This document shows positions 29,497 to 38,603 of a stretch of DNA of 64,000 nucleotides, piece after piece (position 1 is the stretch's first letter; each line of letters opens with the position of its first letter). The position numbers were made by a program, and so were the translations under genes. Below the pieces are notes generated by a model, which saw only the letters and a list, made by a program, of their open reading frames with translations, did not search any database and was not told where the DNA came from. Origin of the DNA: a candidate division WOR-3 bacterium (lineage in GTDB: Bacteria > Hydrothermota > Tepidihabitantia > B3-TA06); contig CBFGKC010000006.1 in assembly GCA_965649265.1 (NCBI GenBank), positions 96,001-160,000 of the forward strand, in the 5' to 3' direction.

Positions 29497-30561
29497 TCAT
29501 CCGTAGAAGTACTGGTAAGAGAGCGAGCGTATTACGTCTCCGGAACGATCCTTGCTTATCTCCTCCAGAATATGTCCCTTGTCATCGTAGCGTAGATCGA
29601 CGAATCCGTAAGGCTTGTTGCGCTCGTCGTGCCAGATTATCTTTATAGGCTCCTTTCCTTCTTTATCGTACTTGTACTCCCATGATTTCGTACGCCTTTT
29701 GTTGCTGTCGTGCCATTCCTTTTTAAGAAGGCGGCCTTTGCGGTCGTACTGGAATTCAATCGTATTTAAAATCTCGTTCTGGGAGTTACGGGTAATTTCC
29801 TTGGTAATCTTTCCGTCCTTGCTTACTTCCCTGTCGAAAACCTGCAGGGTGACACCCGAACGATCTATGTGTATTTCCTGAACCAGGACCCCGTCCTTGT
29901 CGTAAATCATCTGTTGTGTGCGGACAGGCTGTCCTGCGGTGTCGAAGAAAACCATTCTCGTGAGACGATCCCCGTCGTACTCGTAGCGGCATATCTCGTT
30001 TACGCGATCGTTGAGAACCGTGCGGCGTTCGACCAGTCGGTTGCCCGATCCCTTTGGAGGAGGGGGAGGGGGTGCTGAAAAAGAAGCCTGGCCTTGAGGC
30101 TGGGGTTGTGGAGAAGCGGTTCTTGTGTCCTTTGCTTGCGTTTTGGCCTGCGGCTGCAGCTGAGGCTCCGGAGCGCGCTGTTTGGCGGCAATGGCGGGCG
30201 AAAGCGTCGGCATGGCATCCCTGCGCGGATGTTCGTCTCCCTGTTTGAGCGATAAGCGAAGTCTGGATTCCAGATGTGTTTCAAGATGATCTATGAGCTT
30301 TACGGCCTTTTCGAGGTCGTTGGACTCGATAACGGCCAGCGTAATTTCGTTAAGTATCTCGACCTGGAATTCGTGAGCGGCAATCTTGATAAGCTCGGGA
30401 GAAATGGATTCGCGCGCGGCCGCAAGATGCACTTCCACCCTCTGGCTGAGCTTGCGGTTTTCCTCAAGAAGATCCGCAATGCGTTTGGCCAGTTCTTCCT
30501 GTTCTTTTGCCAGGTCCTGGTACTTTAAATAATCTTTTTCGGGATCGTACTTAGAAGCCAT
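29497..30561 (-). CDS. hypothetical protein: coiled coil + Pro/Gln linker + YD/RHS-like repeats
   Basis: YEYDGDRL, YDKDG, YDRKGRL, YDDKGHI; no signal peptide; start ATG 30561 or GTG 30573. Confidence 0.75.
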   Translation of the reverse strand: MASKYDPEKDYLKYQDLAKEQEELAKRIADLLEENRKLSQRVEVHLAAARESISPELIKIAAHEFQVEILNEITLAVIESNDLEKAVKLIDHLETHLESRLRLSLKQGDEHPRRDAMPTLSPAIAAKQRAPEPQLQPQAKTQAKDTRTASPQPQPQGQASFSAPPPPPPKGSGNRLVERRTVLNDRVNEICRYEYDGDRLTRMVFFDTAGQPVRTQQMIYDKDGVLVQEIHIDRSGVTLQVFDREVSKDGKITKEITRNSQNEILNTIEFQYDRKGRLLKKEWHDSNKRRTKSWEYKYDKEGKEPIKIIWHDERNKPYGFVDLRYDDKGHILEEISKDRSGDVIRSLSYQYFYG

Positions 30562-30592
30562 GGATTGTCTCACTGGTTGTTGTCATACGCTA

Positions 30593-30621
30593 ACTATACC
30601 AAGCTTAAGTGCCCTTGTCAA
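30593..30621 (-). promoter_or_regulatory. sigma70-type promoter
   Basis: TTGACA-N17-TATAGT on minus strand. Confidence 0.65.
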
Positions 30622-30663
30622 GCTAAATAAAATGCCCCCTAAAAGTCGAATGACGACATTTAG

Positions 30664-30700
30664 GGATCCCGAGAAGTCAGTTTCGGACTTCTCGGGGTCC
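30664..30700 (-). terminator. hairpin downstream of the 30706 gene
   Basis: GGATCCCGAGAAGTC-AGTTTCG-GACTTCTCGGGGTCC; weak U-tract. Confidence 0.55.
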
Positions 30701-30705
30701 CGGAT

Positions 30706-32043
30706 TCATTTCACAATTATAACCTTGCAGATTCGGCAAGGATCTACATCGGGGACTATGAAATACACGCCTGCCTCGTGTCCTTTACCCCATTTGAAAG
30801 TGCCTTGTGTTTGAGATGGTTTTATTTTGTCCACCTTGCGGCCGGATGCGTCGTATACATCGGCTTGAAAACCGCTGGGATGTCCCGAGTATTGCAGCAC
30901 TATCTCCTTACCGATGGGGGAGAGGAGTTGCCAGGCTGTTATTTGCTCGACAGCAGGTTTTTCCGCGACTCCTACGTTGCCAAGGGAATCGGTCTTAATA
31001 AGACAGATTTTGTAAATACCGCTTTCCGAGGTCATAACCTCTCCGGTAATAATAAAACCCTTATCCTGGGTTTCCTGGACACTGAATCCTCTGTTCCATG
31101 AGTTTTCGCCGAATTGTTTTGTCCACTGAAAGTTTCCATTTTTATCTAACTTAAGGAGGAGCAGAAAAGTTCCGTGATCGGTCCTGAAAATTCCGGTTGC
31201 GGCTAAACCGCCGTCATATGTCTCATCACAATCATAGGCCTGCAGAGAATCTCTTGCAAAAGACCAGACTGTATCCCCCAGTTCATCGAGCTTGAGTATC
31301 CATAAAGCCTGCCCGCCGTTTTTCCAGCCTGCAACATAGTACCCACCTTCGGTCTGGTGTATGGAGTAGCCCTTTTCTCCTTCCGTGGACAAGCCATGGC
31401 TTTTTGCCCAAAGGAGATTGCCCTTATCATCGGTCTTGACAACGCCCAGATGAAAGGCTGAATCTCTGCCTGTTACAATAAAACCGTTATCTTCAGTTTT
31501 TGCGATACACAAACCTTCCAGCCCATACTGGTGCGTCCAGACCGTATCGCCGTTCTTGTCGAACTTCATGATAGTCCAGGGGGTGCCTGTTGCAGCATAT
31601 CCGTCTGCCGTTTCGATTACACATTCGCCATAAGAAAAACCACTATTATTGCCAATCGCCTGAGTCCATAAAGTGTCGCCATAAGGGTTCGTTTTTATCA
31701 ACCACAAATGAACCGTCTGCCAGCCACCCGCACAACTACCCACGAGCGTATATCCTTCGTCAGTTGTTTGGATGACAGAAAGGCCTTTACCGCCGTAAGC
31801 TTTTGAATCCTTGTATGTTTTAGACCATTGGATTTCGCCCAAAGGATCGGTTTTCAGGAGGCAGGTTCCGGCTACTATATATCCTCCATCCTTTGTTTGC
31901 TTGACGGAGTATCCTGAATTGAAATCAGCGTCACCGTAAGTTTTCATCCAGCCGGCAACACTCGACAGAGGGAATATCAGCAACCCAAGAACCGTCAAGA
32001 CTATGTTTGTCAGAGGATTAAACACTAACCTCGATTTTTCCAT
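30706..32043 (-). CDS. secreted beta-propeller repeat protein with T9SS-type CTD (paralog of 21626)
   Basis: GWMKTYG, QTKDGGYI, LIKTDSLG; YDASGRKV...GVYF...KVIIVK. Confidence 0.85.
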   Translation of the reverse strand: MEKSRLVFNPLTNIVLTVLGLLIFPLSSVAGWMKTYGDADFNSGYSVKQTKDGGYIVAGTCLLKTDPLGEIQWSKTYKDSKAYGGKGLSVIQTTDEGYTLVGSCAGGWQTVHLWLIKTNPYGDTLWTQAIGNNSGFSYGECVIETADGYAATGTPWTIMKFDKNGDTVWTHQYGLEGLCIAKTEDNGFIVTGRDSAFHLGVVKTDDKGNLLWAKSHGLSTEGEKGYSIHQTEGGYYVAGWKNGGQALWILKLDELGDTVWSFARDSLQAYDCDETYDGGLAATGIFRTDHGTFLLLLKLDKNGNFQWTKQFGENSWNRGFSVQETQDKGFIITGEVMTSESGIYKICLIKTDSLGNVGVAEKPAVEQITAWQLLSPIGKEIVLQYSGHPSGFQADVYDASGRKVDKIKPSQTQGTFKWGKGHEAGVYFIVPDVDPCRICKVIIVK

Positions 32044-32131
32044 AAAACCTCCTCAAGGTTTTTTTGGCTTACGCCTCCTCATTAACGCCCAACAATTAAA
32101 TTCTGGTCAAAAAACCTGCTTATCAAGCTCT

Positions 32132-33433
32132 CTAGCTCGCGTAAGGGAACAGGAACTTTAGCGATGCGCCGAAGCGGTAGAACTTTTCGGTATACAAATC
32201 TTCCTCCAGCCCGAACTTCTTGGACCAGGTCGCGTACTCGAAGGAACTGTTGAGGACAACATACGAAGAGATAGGTATGCCTATCCCTGCGGTTACACCT
32301 TTGAGATACTTTGGTGTGTGCTGGCCTGAGTCGGCCTGCGGGATCGCGTCAAAGTAGAAACCTCCGCGTACTATCACAGGCGATACGAATTCGGCACCGA
32401 AGCGGAACGTGGAACCGTCGTTCACGCCGAGCCTTGAGCCTAAGGCCTCGACGGCAGTGAAGAAGCGAGTCTGGAATTCACCTGAAAGATTGAGGAAAGG
32501 CAAAATCTTCGACCGCAAACCGACGGTGAAGACGCCGGGCAACATGTAGGCTGTTGAGTCATCTACCTGGTGTTTTATCTGAATTCCATTAGTGTCCAAT
32601 ACAAGCGTTGAATCAAACCAAGTAATCTCCGTTCCGGAAAGGCTTTCCTCGCCCCATCTCCAGCCCCAGGCTATAGGTGATCGATATGAGAAGCTTATAC
32701 CCAACTGGGGAAAGGGTTCCGCAAACGCGCCTACAGTGAAAAAATTTCCTGTCGAGGAGAAGTTACCTTTGTATCTTATTCGTGTTTCATCGTATATACC
32801 GGAGGTGTCCCCGTCTTCAATCTCAAGATCATCGTAAACGCTTACTTCGTAATAGCTGCTTTTGAGCTTCTCTAGTGCGCTGAAGCTGAAGGCCAGACCA
32901 ATGGAGTAATTGTCCAGTATGCTCATTGCGATCGCCGGGGTTATTACCCTTAAACCGCCGGTTGCGGTATCGGTCATCTTATAACTTCCGTTTTCGAATT
33001 CCCAGTTAATCTCCCTGTTGACGGCATTATCAATATGTAGGTGATAGCCGAAAGCAGGATAGAGCACAGCGTATTCCGCGATCTGGATGGGCAAAGCTAA
33101 AGAGACGTGTGTGAACTGGGGGATGGTGTTATATTTTGTGTAGTATTGCTCTTCTTGTATCTCTTCCTGGCCGAAACCCCAGTAAAGCCTTCCGCCGATC
33201 TCCATTTCAAGATAATCAGCGTCCAGCAAAAGAGCAGGATTGAAAAAGATGGCGTTCGAACCCTGAGCGCTGACCGATCCGGTATTGCCCATGCCGCAGG
33301 AACGGACATCCACGACGGTGGGATTAATTGCGTCAACCATAAATGCATAAACGGTTGAATTTACGAAAAATAGCGGTAACAATACGACCAAAGTCTTAAA
33401 GGTCGCTTTTTTTTCAAATCCTGACATGCACAT
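32132..33433 (-). CDS. outer-membrane beta-barrel (FadL/PorV-like)
   Basis: VRSCGMGNT...NAIFFNPALL motif; alternating beta-strands; RBS GGAGG. Confidence 0.75.
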   Translation of the reverse strand: MCMSGFEKKATFKTLVVLLPLFFVNSTVYAFMVDAINPTVVDVRSCGMGNTGSVSAQGSNAIFFNPALLLDADYLEMEIGGRLYWGFGQEEIQEEQYYTKYNTIPQFTHVSLALPIQIAEYAVLYPAFGYHLHIDNAVNREINWEFENGSYKMTDTATGGLRVITPAIAMSILDNYSIGLAFSFSALEKLKSSYYEVSVYDDLEIEDGDTSGIYDETRIRYKGNFSSTGNFFTVGAFAEPFPQLGISFSYRSPIAWGWRWGEESLSGTEITWFDSTLVLDTNGIQIKHQVDDSTAYMLPGVFTVGLRSKILPFLNLSGEFQTRFFTAVEALGSRLGVNDGSTFRFGAEFVSPVIVRGGFYFDAIPQADSGQHTPKYLKGVTAGIGIPISSYVVLNSSFEYATWSKKFGLEEDLYTEKFYRFGASLKFLFPYAS

Positions 33434-33692
33434 ACCTACCTCCAGGCTTGCCTTTTTTGTATCTATAGTGTATACCGAAACATGTGATTTGTCAAGCCCT
33501 TCTGTGAGCTTCTGGTCATCTAAGTCAAGCCAAAAAAACATCTGTAACCGTCAGCCCTCTCAGTCATATCCCGGCATTGGTCTTACAGACTGAGTTAATT
33601 GGAATAATATCCAAATCACAAGCAGAGAAAGATGTGTTACTGAGTCCTCCTCAGAAACCTCCTCAGAGCTACCCCTCAGTCTTCCTTACATC

Positions 33693-33843
33693 CCCGGCGC
33701 TCCTCATTGGATCAGTAATAATGAAACAGCAGAAGCCGGAGGGTTCTGCCAATGCGCCTCCGGCGCTCCTCATTGGAGAGTAGAAGTAAAATGGCGGAAG
33801 CGGAGCTTGCGCCCAGCGCCTTCGAGGCGCTCGCTCTCCTCAG
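33693..33843 (+). repeat. dispersed multi-hairpin repeat, copy 3 (with internal partial duplication)
   Basis: TTCTGCCAATGCGCCTCCGGCGCTCCTCATTGGAGAGTAGA...GCGCCTTCGAGGCGCTCG. Confidence 0.85.
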
Positions 33844-34012
33844 AAATACCCTGACACATGTCTGACACACTGAGCTAATCTTAGCGGTATGTTTCTATTT
33901 ATGAGCTATGAGGGAGAAGGGGGGGCAGGAGCCCTCCTCAGAGACCTCTCGGTGTCGATTTTACATAATTTTCTGAGCGGAGTATCTTTCTATTCACGAC
34001 CAATGAGGGATG

Positions 34013-34070
34013 GTGTGTTACGGGGGGGGGACGGGTGTTACGGGTGGGTGTTACGGGTGGCGTTACGGGG
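34013..34070 (-). repeat. CCCGTAACAC array at the radical SAM gene stop
   Basis: GTGTTACGGG copies on the plus strand; the first minus-strand copy supplies CCG TAA of the rSAM gene. Confidence 0.8.
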
Positions 34071-35085
34071 CAGAGAGAATCTGGGCGACGAATGGTTCGG
34101 TACCACCGCATTCATTTGCGGCGGCCCGGCACGATGCCCGGCATGTCTCGATATCCTTGCACCCTCTGCACATCTCCGGTATATCCTCAATGAACTCCTT
34201 CCTTTCGGCGGAATCCATCAGCTCCCAGAAACTTTTTTCCCTGATATTCCCGAGAACGAGCGGGGTGTGGTTGCACGGACGCAGATTGCCTATGGAATCC
34301 ACCACCGGGTAGCACTCCTCGGTTCCCGCCGAGCAGAAACCGAAGCCGAGATGCGGGTAGTTCTTAATATCCACGAGGCAGCAGGGGATAGGTATCGATA
34401 CGCTTATGGGGAACCTCTTTTCTACCGCGAACCGCTCGGCTGTGTCGAGCATGAAGAGCACATCCTGGGGGGAGGGGGAGAGTTCGTCGAGATTCTCGAG
34501 TCCCCTTCCGCCGGGATTGAAGCGGTTGAGCATCACGCCGTGCGTACCGAGGCTCCTTGCGAACTCCAGGGTTTCCCAGAGCCTTGCGAGGTTGATCTTT
34601 GTGACGATCAGGGCGACTACAATCTTCGCCTTTGTCGAAAGCACGGCCTCTATCCCTCGAACTGATTTCTCGAAGCTTCCACTGCATCCCTGCAGGTATT
34701 CGTGCTCGTCTGGCCTGTCCGATAGAAGCTGGATCTCGAAAAGAGAGATTCCAGCCCTCACAAGCGTCTTTGCGAGTTTCTTGTCGAGCGCCTGGCCGTT
34801 CGTGATGATGTTGAGCTGAGCGCCCGAGAGTGCGGCCTGAAGCGAGATGTCCACGAGATCGGGTCTCAGAGTCGGTTCTCCGCCGCTTATCGTGAAGAGT
34901 GACGGCTTCGTCTCTTTTAAGAGCTTTGCCAGCATCTCGCGGGTTTCCTTTGGGTTCAAGTCCTCATGTACAGTTTCCGGATGCTTATGCCAGATGTTGT
35001 AGCAGAAGCGGCATTTGAGATTACATCTTTGGGTTACTTCGAAGATGAGGATTTTCTGGCGGCGGTCCCTTAACGAATCGTTCAT
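34063..35085 (-). CDS. radical SAM/SPASM-domain protein (putative protein maturase)
   Basis: CNLKCRFC, SGGEPTLR, ITNG; SPASM CSAG...GNLRPC...GNI...CRGC-x5-C-x3-C; ATG 1 nt after the stop of the last array gene. Confidence 0.93.
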   Translation of the reverse strand: MNDSLRDRRQKILIFEVTQRCNLKCRFCYNIWHKHPETVHEDLNPKETREMLAKLLKETKPSLFTISGGEPTLRPDLVDISLQAALSGAQLNIITNGQALDKKLAKTLVRAGISLFEIQLLSDRPDEHEYLQGCSGSFEKSVRGIEAVLSTKAKIVVALIVTKINLARLWETLEFARSLGTHGVMLNRFNPGGRGLENLDELSPSPQDVLFMLDTAERFAVEKRFPISVSIPIPCCLVDIKNYPHLGFGFCSAGTEECYPVVDSIGNLRPCNHTPLVLGNIREKSFWELMDSAERKEFIEDIPEMCRGCKDIETCRASCRAAANECGGTEPFVAQILSAP

Positions 35086-35086
35086 G

Positions 35087-35662
35087 CTAATTATCTTCCT
35101 TTTTCTCAGTTCCTGACGTATCCGGTTTGCTGACTATTAGTTTTGCCAGGTGAGAGGTTTCAGAATTAAGCGAGGATATTTTCATGAAGACCCTGACGGT
35201 TTCAGGCGGAAGGCCTCGAACATCCAGCCTCGCTTCCAGAAGTTCCGCGGAGCTGTCGAATTTCCCGTCGACCGGGTCGAGCGATATAATATAAGGTTCA
35301 GCATCCGGTCGGCTAACCGCGGCCGTAGCACTGTATATTATGTCACCAGGTATTTCTGTTCTTCCAAGAACCTTTATAGTTACGGAATCCGCACCCCTGG
35401 TCGGGTTGGGATAGATCAAAAGCGAGTCGACAATCTCATCTGCAGGCGGAGAAAAATGAACATAGTAGCAAGTAATCGCCGGTTCATAGTGACGGTGTGT
35501 CAGACATCCTATGAGCGAAAGTAAGCCTCCTAGAAGAACCAGTTTAAAATGTCTGGTTGTTCTTGAAAATCGGTTCTTGCTCTCTAAAACCGAAAGAAGA
35601 TGGAATACTAAACCTCCCGCTCGGCTCAACAACCCTGAGAGCCTATTACGCAACTTGATCAC
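35087..35662 (-). CDS. CY-motif array protein 12 (predicted lipoprotein)
   Basis: Leader ..SRAGGLVFHLLS..; LIG-C; AITCY; YPNPTRGADSV; VDGKFD. Confidence 0.88.
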   Translation of the reverse strand: MIKLRNRLSGLLSRAGGLVFHLLSVLESKNRFSRTTRHFKLVLLGGLLSLIGCLTHRHYEPAITCYYVHFSPPADEIVDSLLIYPNPTRGADSVTIKVLGRTEIPGDIIYSATAAVSRPDAEPYIISLDPVDGKFDSSAELLEARLDVRGLPPETVRVFMKISSLNSETSHLAKLIVSKPDTSGTEKKEDN

Positions 35663-35691
35663 TGGTCAATATACGGCTGATAGGGATGGTG

Positions 35692-36252
35692 TCAATCCTT
35701 TTCTTCCGTAGAGTCAGGGTCCGTCACGACAAGCATTAGTTGTTGCGTATACATGCCTGCCTGGGAGGTGTAGAAGGTCAGGTCCACCCATGTTGTTTCG
35801 GAGACAAGCCCTCCGATATAGAACCTCCCCTGAACGGCCTCAAGCGTGTCCGAAAAATCTCCGTCAACCGCATCGAGAGGCGTAAGAAGCGTGTCTGATG
35901 CCAGTTTTATCGTCGCGCCGGTAATGATGTTGCCTTCTATTCCCGGATCGTAAACCTTGGCCGTCGCCTTCACCGTTACCGTATCCGCGCCTTTTGTAGG
36001 ATTCGGCGTAATAGCAGCCTCGGTGACTACCACGGGGTCAATTATGGCCATGTCGTAGCAGGTTGCTATGGGTGTCTCCGGCTGTGCCCTGAGCCAGCCT
36101 GCAACAGTCAGAACGAGACCTAAAACGAAGAGCTTGGTCCACCTCGCCGTCTTTTTAATAGTTCCCTCCTCCTCCCAGCTTGAAAGAACCGGAAGGAGTT
36201 TTGCTCCTATCCTCGTTATGAATGATGAAAGCGCGTTTCGAGTCTTAATCAT
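35692..36252 (-). CDS. CY-motif array protein 11 (SPase I type)
   Basis: ARWTKL; LRA|QPETPIATCY; TPNPTKGADTV; VDGDFSDT. Confidence 0.9.
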   Translation of the reverse strand: MIKTRNALSSFITRIGAKLLPVLSSWEEEGTIKKTARWTKLFVLGLVLTVAGWLRAQPETPIATCYDMAIIDPVVVTEAAITPNPTKGADTVTVKATAKVYDPGIEGNIITGATIKLASDTLLTPLDAVDGDFSDTLEAVQGRFYIGGLVSETTWVDLTFYTSQAGMYTQQLMLVVTDPDSTEEKD

Positions 36253-36281
36253 GTTTTACTGTACCTCACTTTTCCGGACTG

Positions 36282-36839
36282 TCAATCTTTTTCTGTCGAA
36301 TCGGGTTCAGAAATCACAAGCTGCAGCCCTTCAACATTTATGCCTGCCTGCGGGGTGTAGAATGTGATGTAAACCCGGGTGGTTTCGGGTCCAAGCCCGG
36401 TGACGCACAGACGGCCTTCAACTGTCTCGAGCGTGTCCGAAAACTTGCCGTCGACCGCACGGAGAGGGACAATAACCGTATCGCCGCCAATTCTTGCATC
36501 CGCTCCGGAGATTATATTGCCTTCAAGTTTCGAATCGTAGACCCTTGCGGTCGCTCTCACCGTAACCGAGTCGGCGCCATTTGTGGGGTTAGGCGTAATA
36601 GCAGCCTCAGTGATTATTACCGGTTCAATGACGACCGGATCATAACAGGTCGCATACCCCCTGGTCTCTTGGGCCGAGAGCCAGCCTAGTAAGCCCAGGA
36701 TGAAACCCAGAATGTAGATTTTTGCAAATCTCGCGAATCCCTTAAGAACCCCTTCCTCCTCCCACCTTGAGAGAAGCGGGAAGAGTTTTGCTCCAACATT
36801 GCTTACAAACGCCGCGAGCGAGCTGCGAGCTTTGGCCAT
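36282..36839 (-). CDS. CY-motif array protein 10 (SPase I type)
   Basis: LSA|QETRGYATCY; TPNPTNGADSV; VDGKFSDT; RBS AAGGAGG. Confidence 0.9.
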   Translation of the reverse strand: MAKARSSLAAFVSNVGAKLFPLLSRWEEEGVLKGFARFAKIYILGFILGLLGWLSAQETRGYATCYDPVVIEPVIITEAAITPNPTNGADSVTVRATARVYDSKLEGNIISGADARIGGDTVIVPLRAVDGKFSDTLETVEGRLCVTGLGPETTRVYITFYTPQAGINVEGLQLVISEPDSTEKD

Positions 36840-36903
36840 AAAATTCCTCCTTGACTGCGACTACTCCTGTTATACAGTTGCAGGTGCAATAAATTCCCTT
36901 AAC

Positions 36904-37443
36904 CTATTCGGTTATCTCGATATCTGAGCTGTCTTCGATTACCTTGTTCTTGCTTGTAGATATTCTGACATGGACTTTTGCGTTTGCGGTATCGATACCC
37001 CTGATGCTTAACTTCGCCGAGATTTCCTCGTATGAACCGTCAAAAGCACTATCCGCAGCCAGCATCTCCACCGTGTCGGAATTTGCACCTTTCCCGGTAA
37101 TGAAACACTGTGCCGATTTTACATAATTGTCCTTGGAGCCTGGGATTATATTGGCTCTGGCTTTGACCATAACCGAGTCGGCTCCAGCCGTAGGATCAGG
37201 CAAAACCTCGATATTATGAATGGGGGGAGGTACAGGCTCGTAGCACGTGACCGGGCAGCAGGCGGTCGAGCCGGCCGCTCCGGAAAGACCTAATCCTGAA
37301 ACGAGTGCACTCAGGAATGAAAGCTTCATCCACCTTGCAAGCTTGGGTAGTACCCTGCGTTCCTCGCATCTTGAGTAGAAGTCAAAAAGCGCAAAACCGG
37401 CTTTCCTGAGAATCTCGAAAACAATGTGTCTTGCCTGAGCCAT
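36904..37443 (-). CDS. CY-motif array protein 9
   Basis: Start MAQARH; CEERRVLPKLARWMKL; STACCPVTCY; PDPTAGADSV; ADSAFDG. Confidence 0.9.
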   Translation of the reverse strand: MAQARHIVFEILRKAGFALFDFYSRCEERRVLPKLARWMKLSFLSALVSGLGLSGAAGSTACCPVTCYEPVPPPIHNIEVLPDPTAGADSVMVKARANIIPGSKDNYVKSAQCFITGKGANSDTVEMLAADSAFDGSYEEISAKLSIRGIDTANAKVHVRISTSKNKVIEDSSDIEITE

Positions 37444-37450
37444 GATACTG

Positions 37451-37990
37451 CTATTCTGATTCCGTGATGTACAAATCCACTGTCGTGTAATCTCGCTCCC
37501 CTTTATTGGAGGTGGCCTCAATGTTTACACTGCAGGTATCGCCTGCGGCAAGATTGCCTACGTATAATCGAGCTTCTACGTCTTTCATTCCGTATGGATC
37601 GGTTTTCGTGACAATCATCGTTATGGTGTCGTCATTAAGAACACATATCACCTTATCCACATAATCTTCTTCTATGCTTACTCCATTGGGGACATTTGCG
37701 CTCGCTTCAACGGTTACTGAATCTGAGCCTGACGTCGGATTAGGGGTTATTGAGCAGGTTGCGATTTGAGGTTTCGGGTACTCCATCGGTGCGTAACACG
37801 TTATGCAGTTGAGCATGCTGGCCGCACTCAATGCGGTAATTCCTGTCACGAAGGCTCCGAGGAAGGTCGTTTTTACCCACCTGGAAGCCCTTGGCAGTAT
37901 CCCGCAATCCTCACAGTGGGAGAAGAAGTTGAAGAGTGATGTTCCCATTCTCCTCAAGGTTTCAAAGAAGAGGTAGCGGCTACTGGCCAT
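37451..37990 (-). CDS. CY-motif array protein 8
   Basis: CEDCGILPRASRWVK; MLNCITCY; TPNPTSGSDSV. Confidence 0.9.
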   Translation of the reverse strand: MASSRYLFFETLRRMGTSLFNFFSHCEDCGILPRASRWVKTTFLGAFVTGITALSAASMLNCITCYAPMEYPKPQIATCSITPNPTSGSDSVTVEASANVPNGVSIEEDYVDKVICVLNDDTITMIVTKTDPYGMKDVEARLYVGNLAAGDTCSVNIEATSNKGERDYTTVDLYITESE

Positions 37991-38005
37991 TGTGCCTCCG
38001 GTGAT

Positions 38006-38521
38006 TTATTCAGTTATCTCGAGGTCGATTGTTGTATCCGCTCGCTGGTCTTCATTGTCGTATTCTGTGATTTGTATGGTTACTGTATCGGGCTCGAGGT
38101 CTCCTATATACAACTTCGCGTTCACGGCATATTCATTCGTGTAGTCTCCAGGCTCTATCTTCATGACGGTGGTGTCATTCTCGAGGATACATATCACCTT
38201 TTTCAATTCAATCCCGTTATCGGCAATTGCCTTGGCGGAAACGCTAACAGTGTCGGCCCCTGCCGTAGGATTTGGTGCCACGGAGGCGTTTTCGATTCGA
38301 GGTGATTCAATTGGCAAGTAGCAGCCGGTGGGGATACAGTTGATCATGCTGGCCGCGCTCAACGCGGTAATTCCTGTCACGAAGGCTCCGAGGAAGGTCG
38401 TTTTTACCCACCTGGAAGCCCTTGGCAGTACCCCGCATTCCTCACAGCGAGAGAAGAAGTTAAAGAGTGAGGTGCCTATCCTCCTCAAGGATTCAAAGAA
38501 AAAAAACTTTGTTCTAGCCAT
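38006..38521 (-). CDS. CY-motif array protein 7
   Basis: Start MARTKF with RBS AAAGGAGG; MINCIPTGCY; APNPTAGADTV. Confidence 0.9.
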   Translation of the reverse strand: MARTKFFFFESLRRIGTSLFNFFSRCEECGVLPRASRWVKTTFLGAFVTGITALSAASMINCIPTGCYLPIESPRIENASVAPNPTAGADTVSVSAKAIADNGIELKKVICILENDTTVMKIEPGDYTNEYAVNAKLYIGDLEPDTVTIQITEYDNEDQRADTTIDLEITE

Positions 38522-38543
38522 GGTTCCTCCTTTCACTGTATTA

Positions 38544-38571
38544 AATATAATCAACTTGCTCGGATTGTCAA
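38544..38571 (-). promoter_or_regulatory. internal promoter within the array
   Basis: TTGACA-N16-TATATT on minus strand, same boxes as the array head promoter. Confidence 0.65.
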
Positions 38572-38603
38572 TCCATGAAAATCACCTGAAATCCTGGCAG
38601 GTG

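Noticed and set aside
9683-34070. CCGTAAC at stop codons as integron attC sites
   Set aside because: Does not fit RYYYAAC, has no paired GTTRRRY stem, occurs in direct tandem, and no integrase is present.
33889-34665. 258-aa plus-strand ORF
   Set aside because: Antisense shadow of the rSAM gene; its N-terminus is translated repeat DNA.
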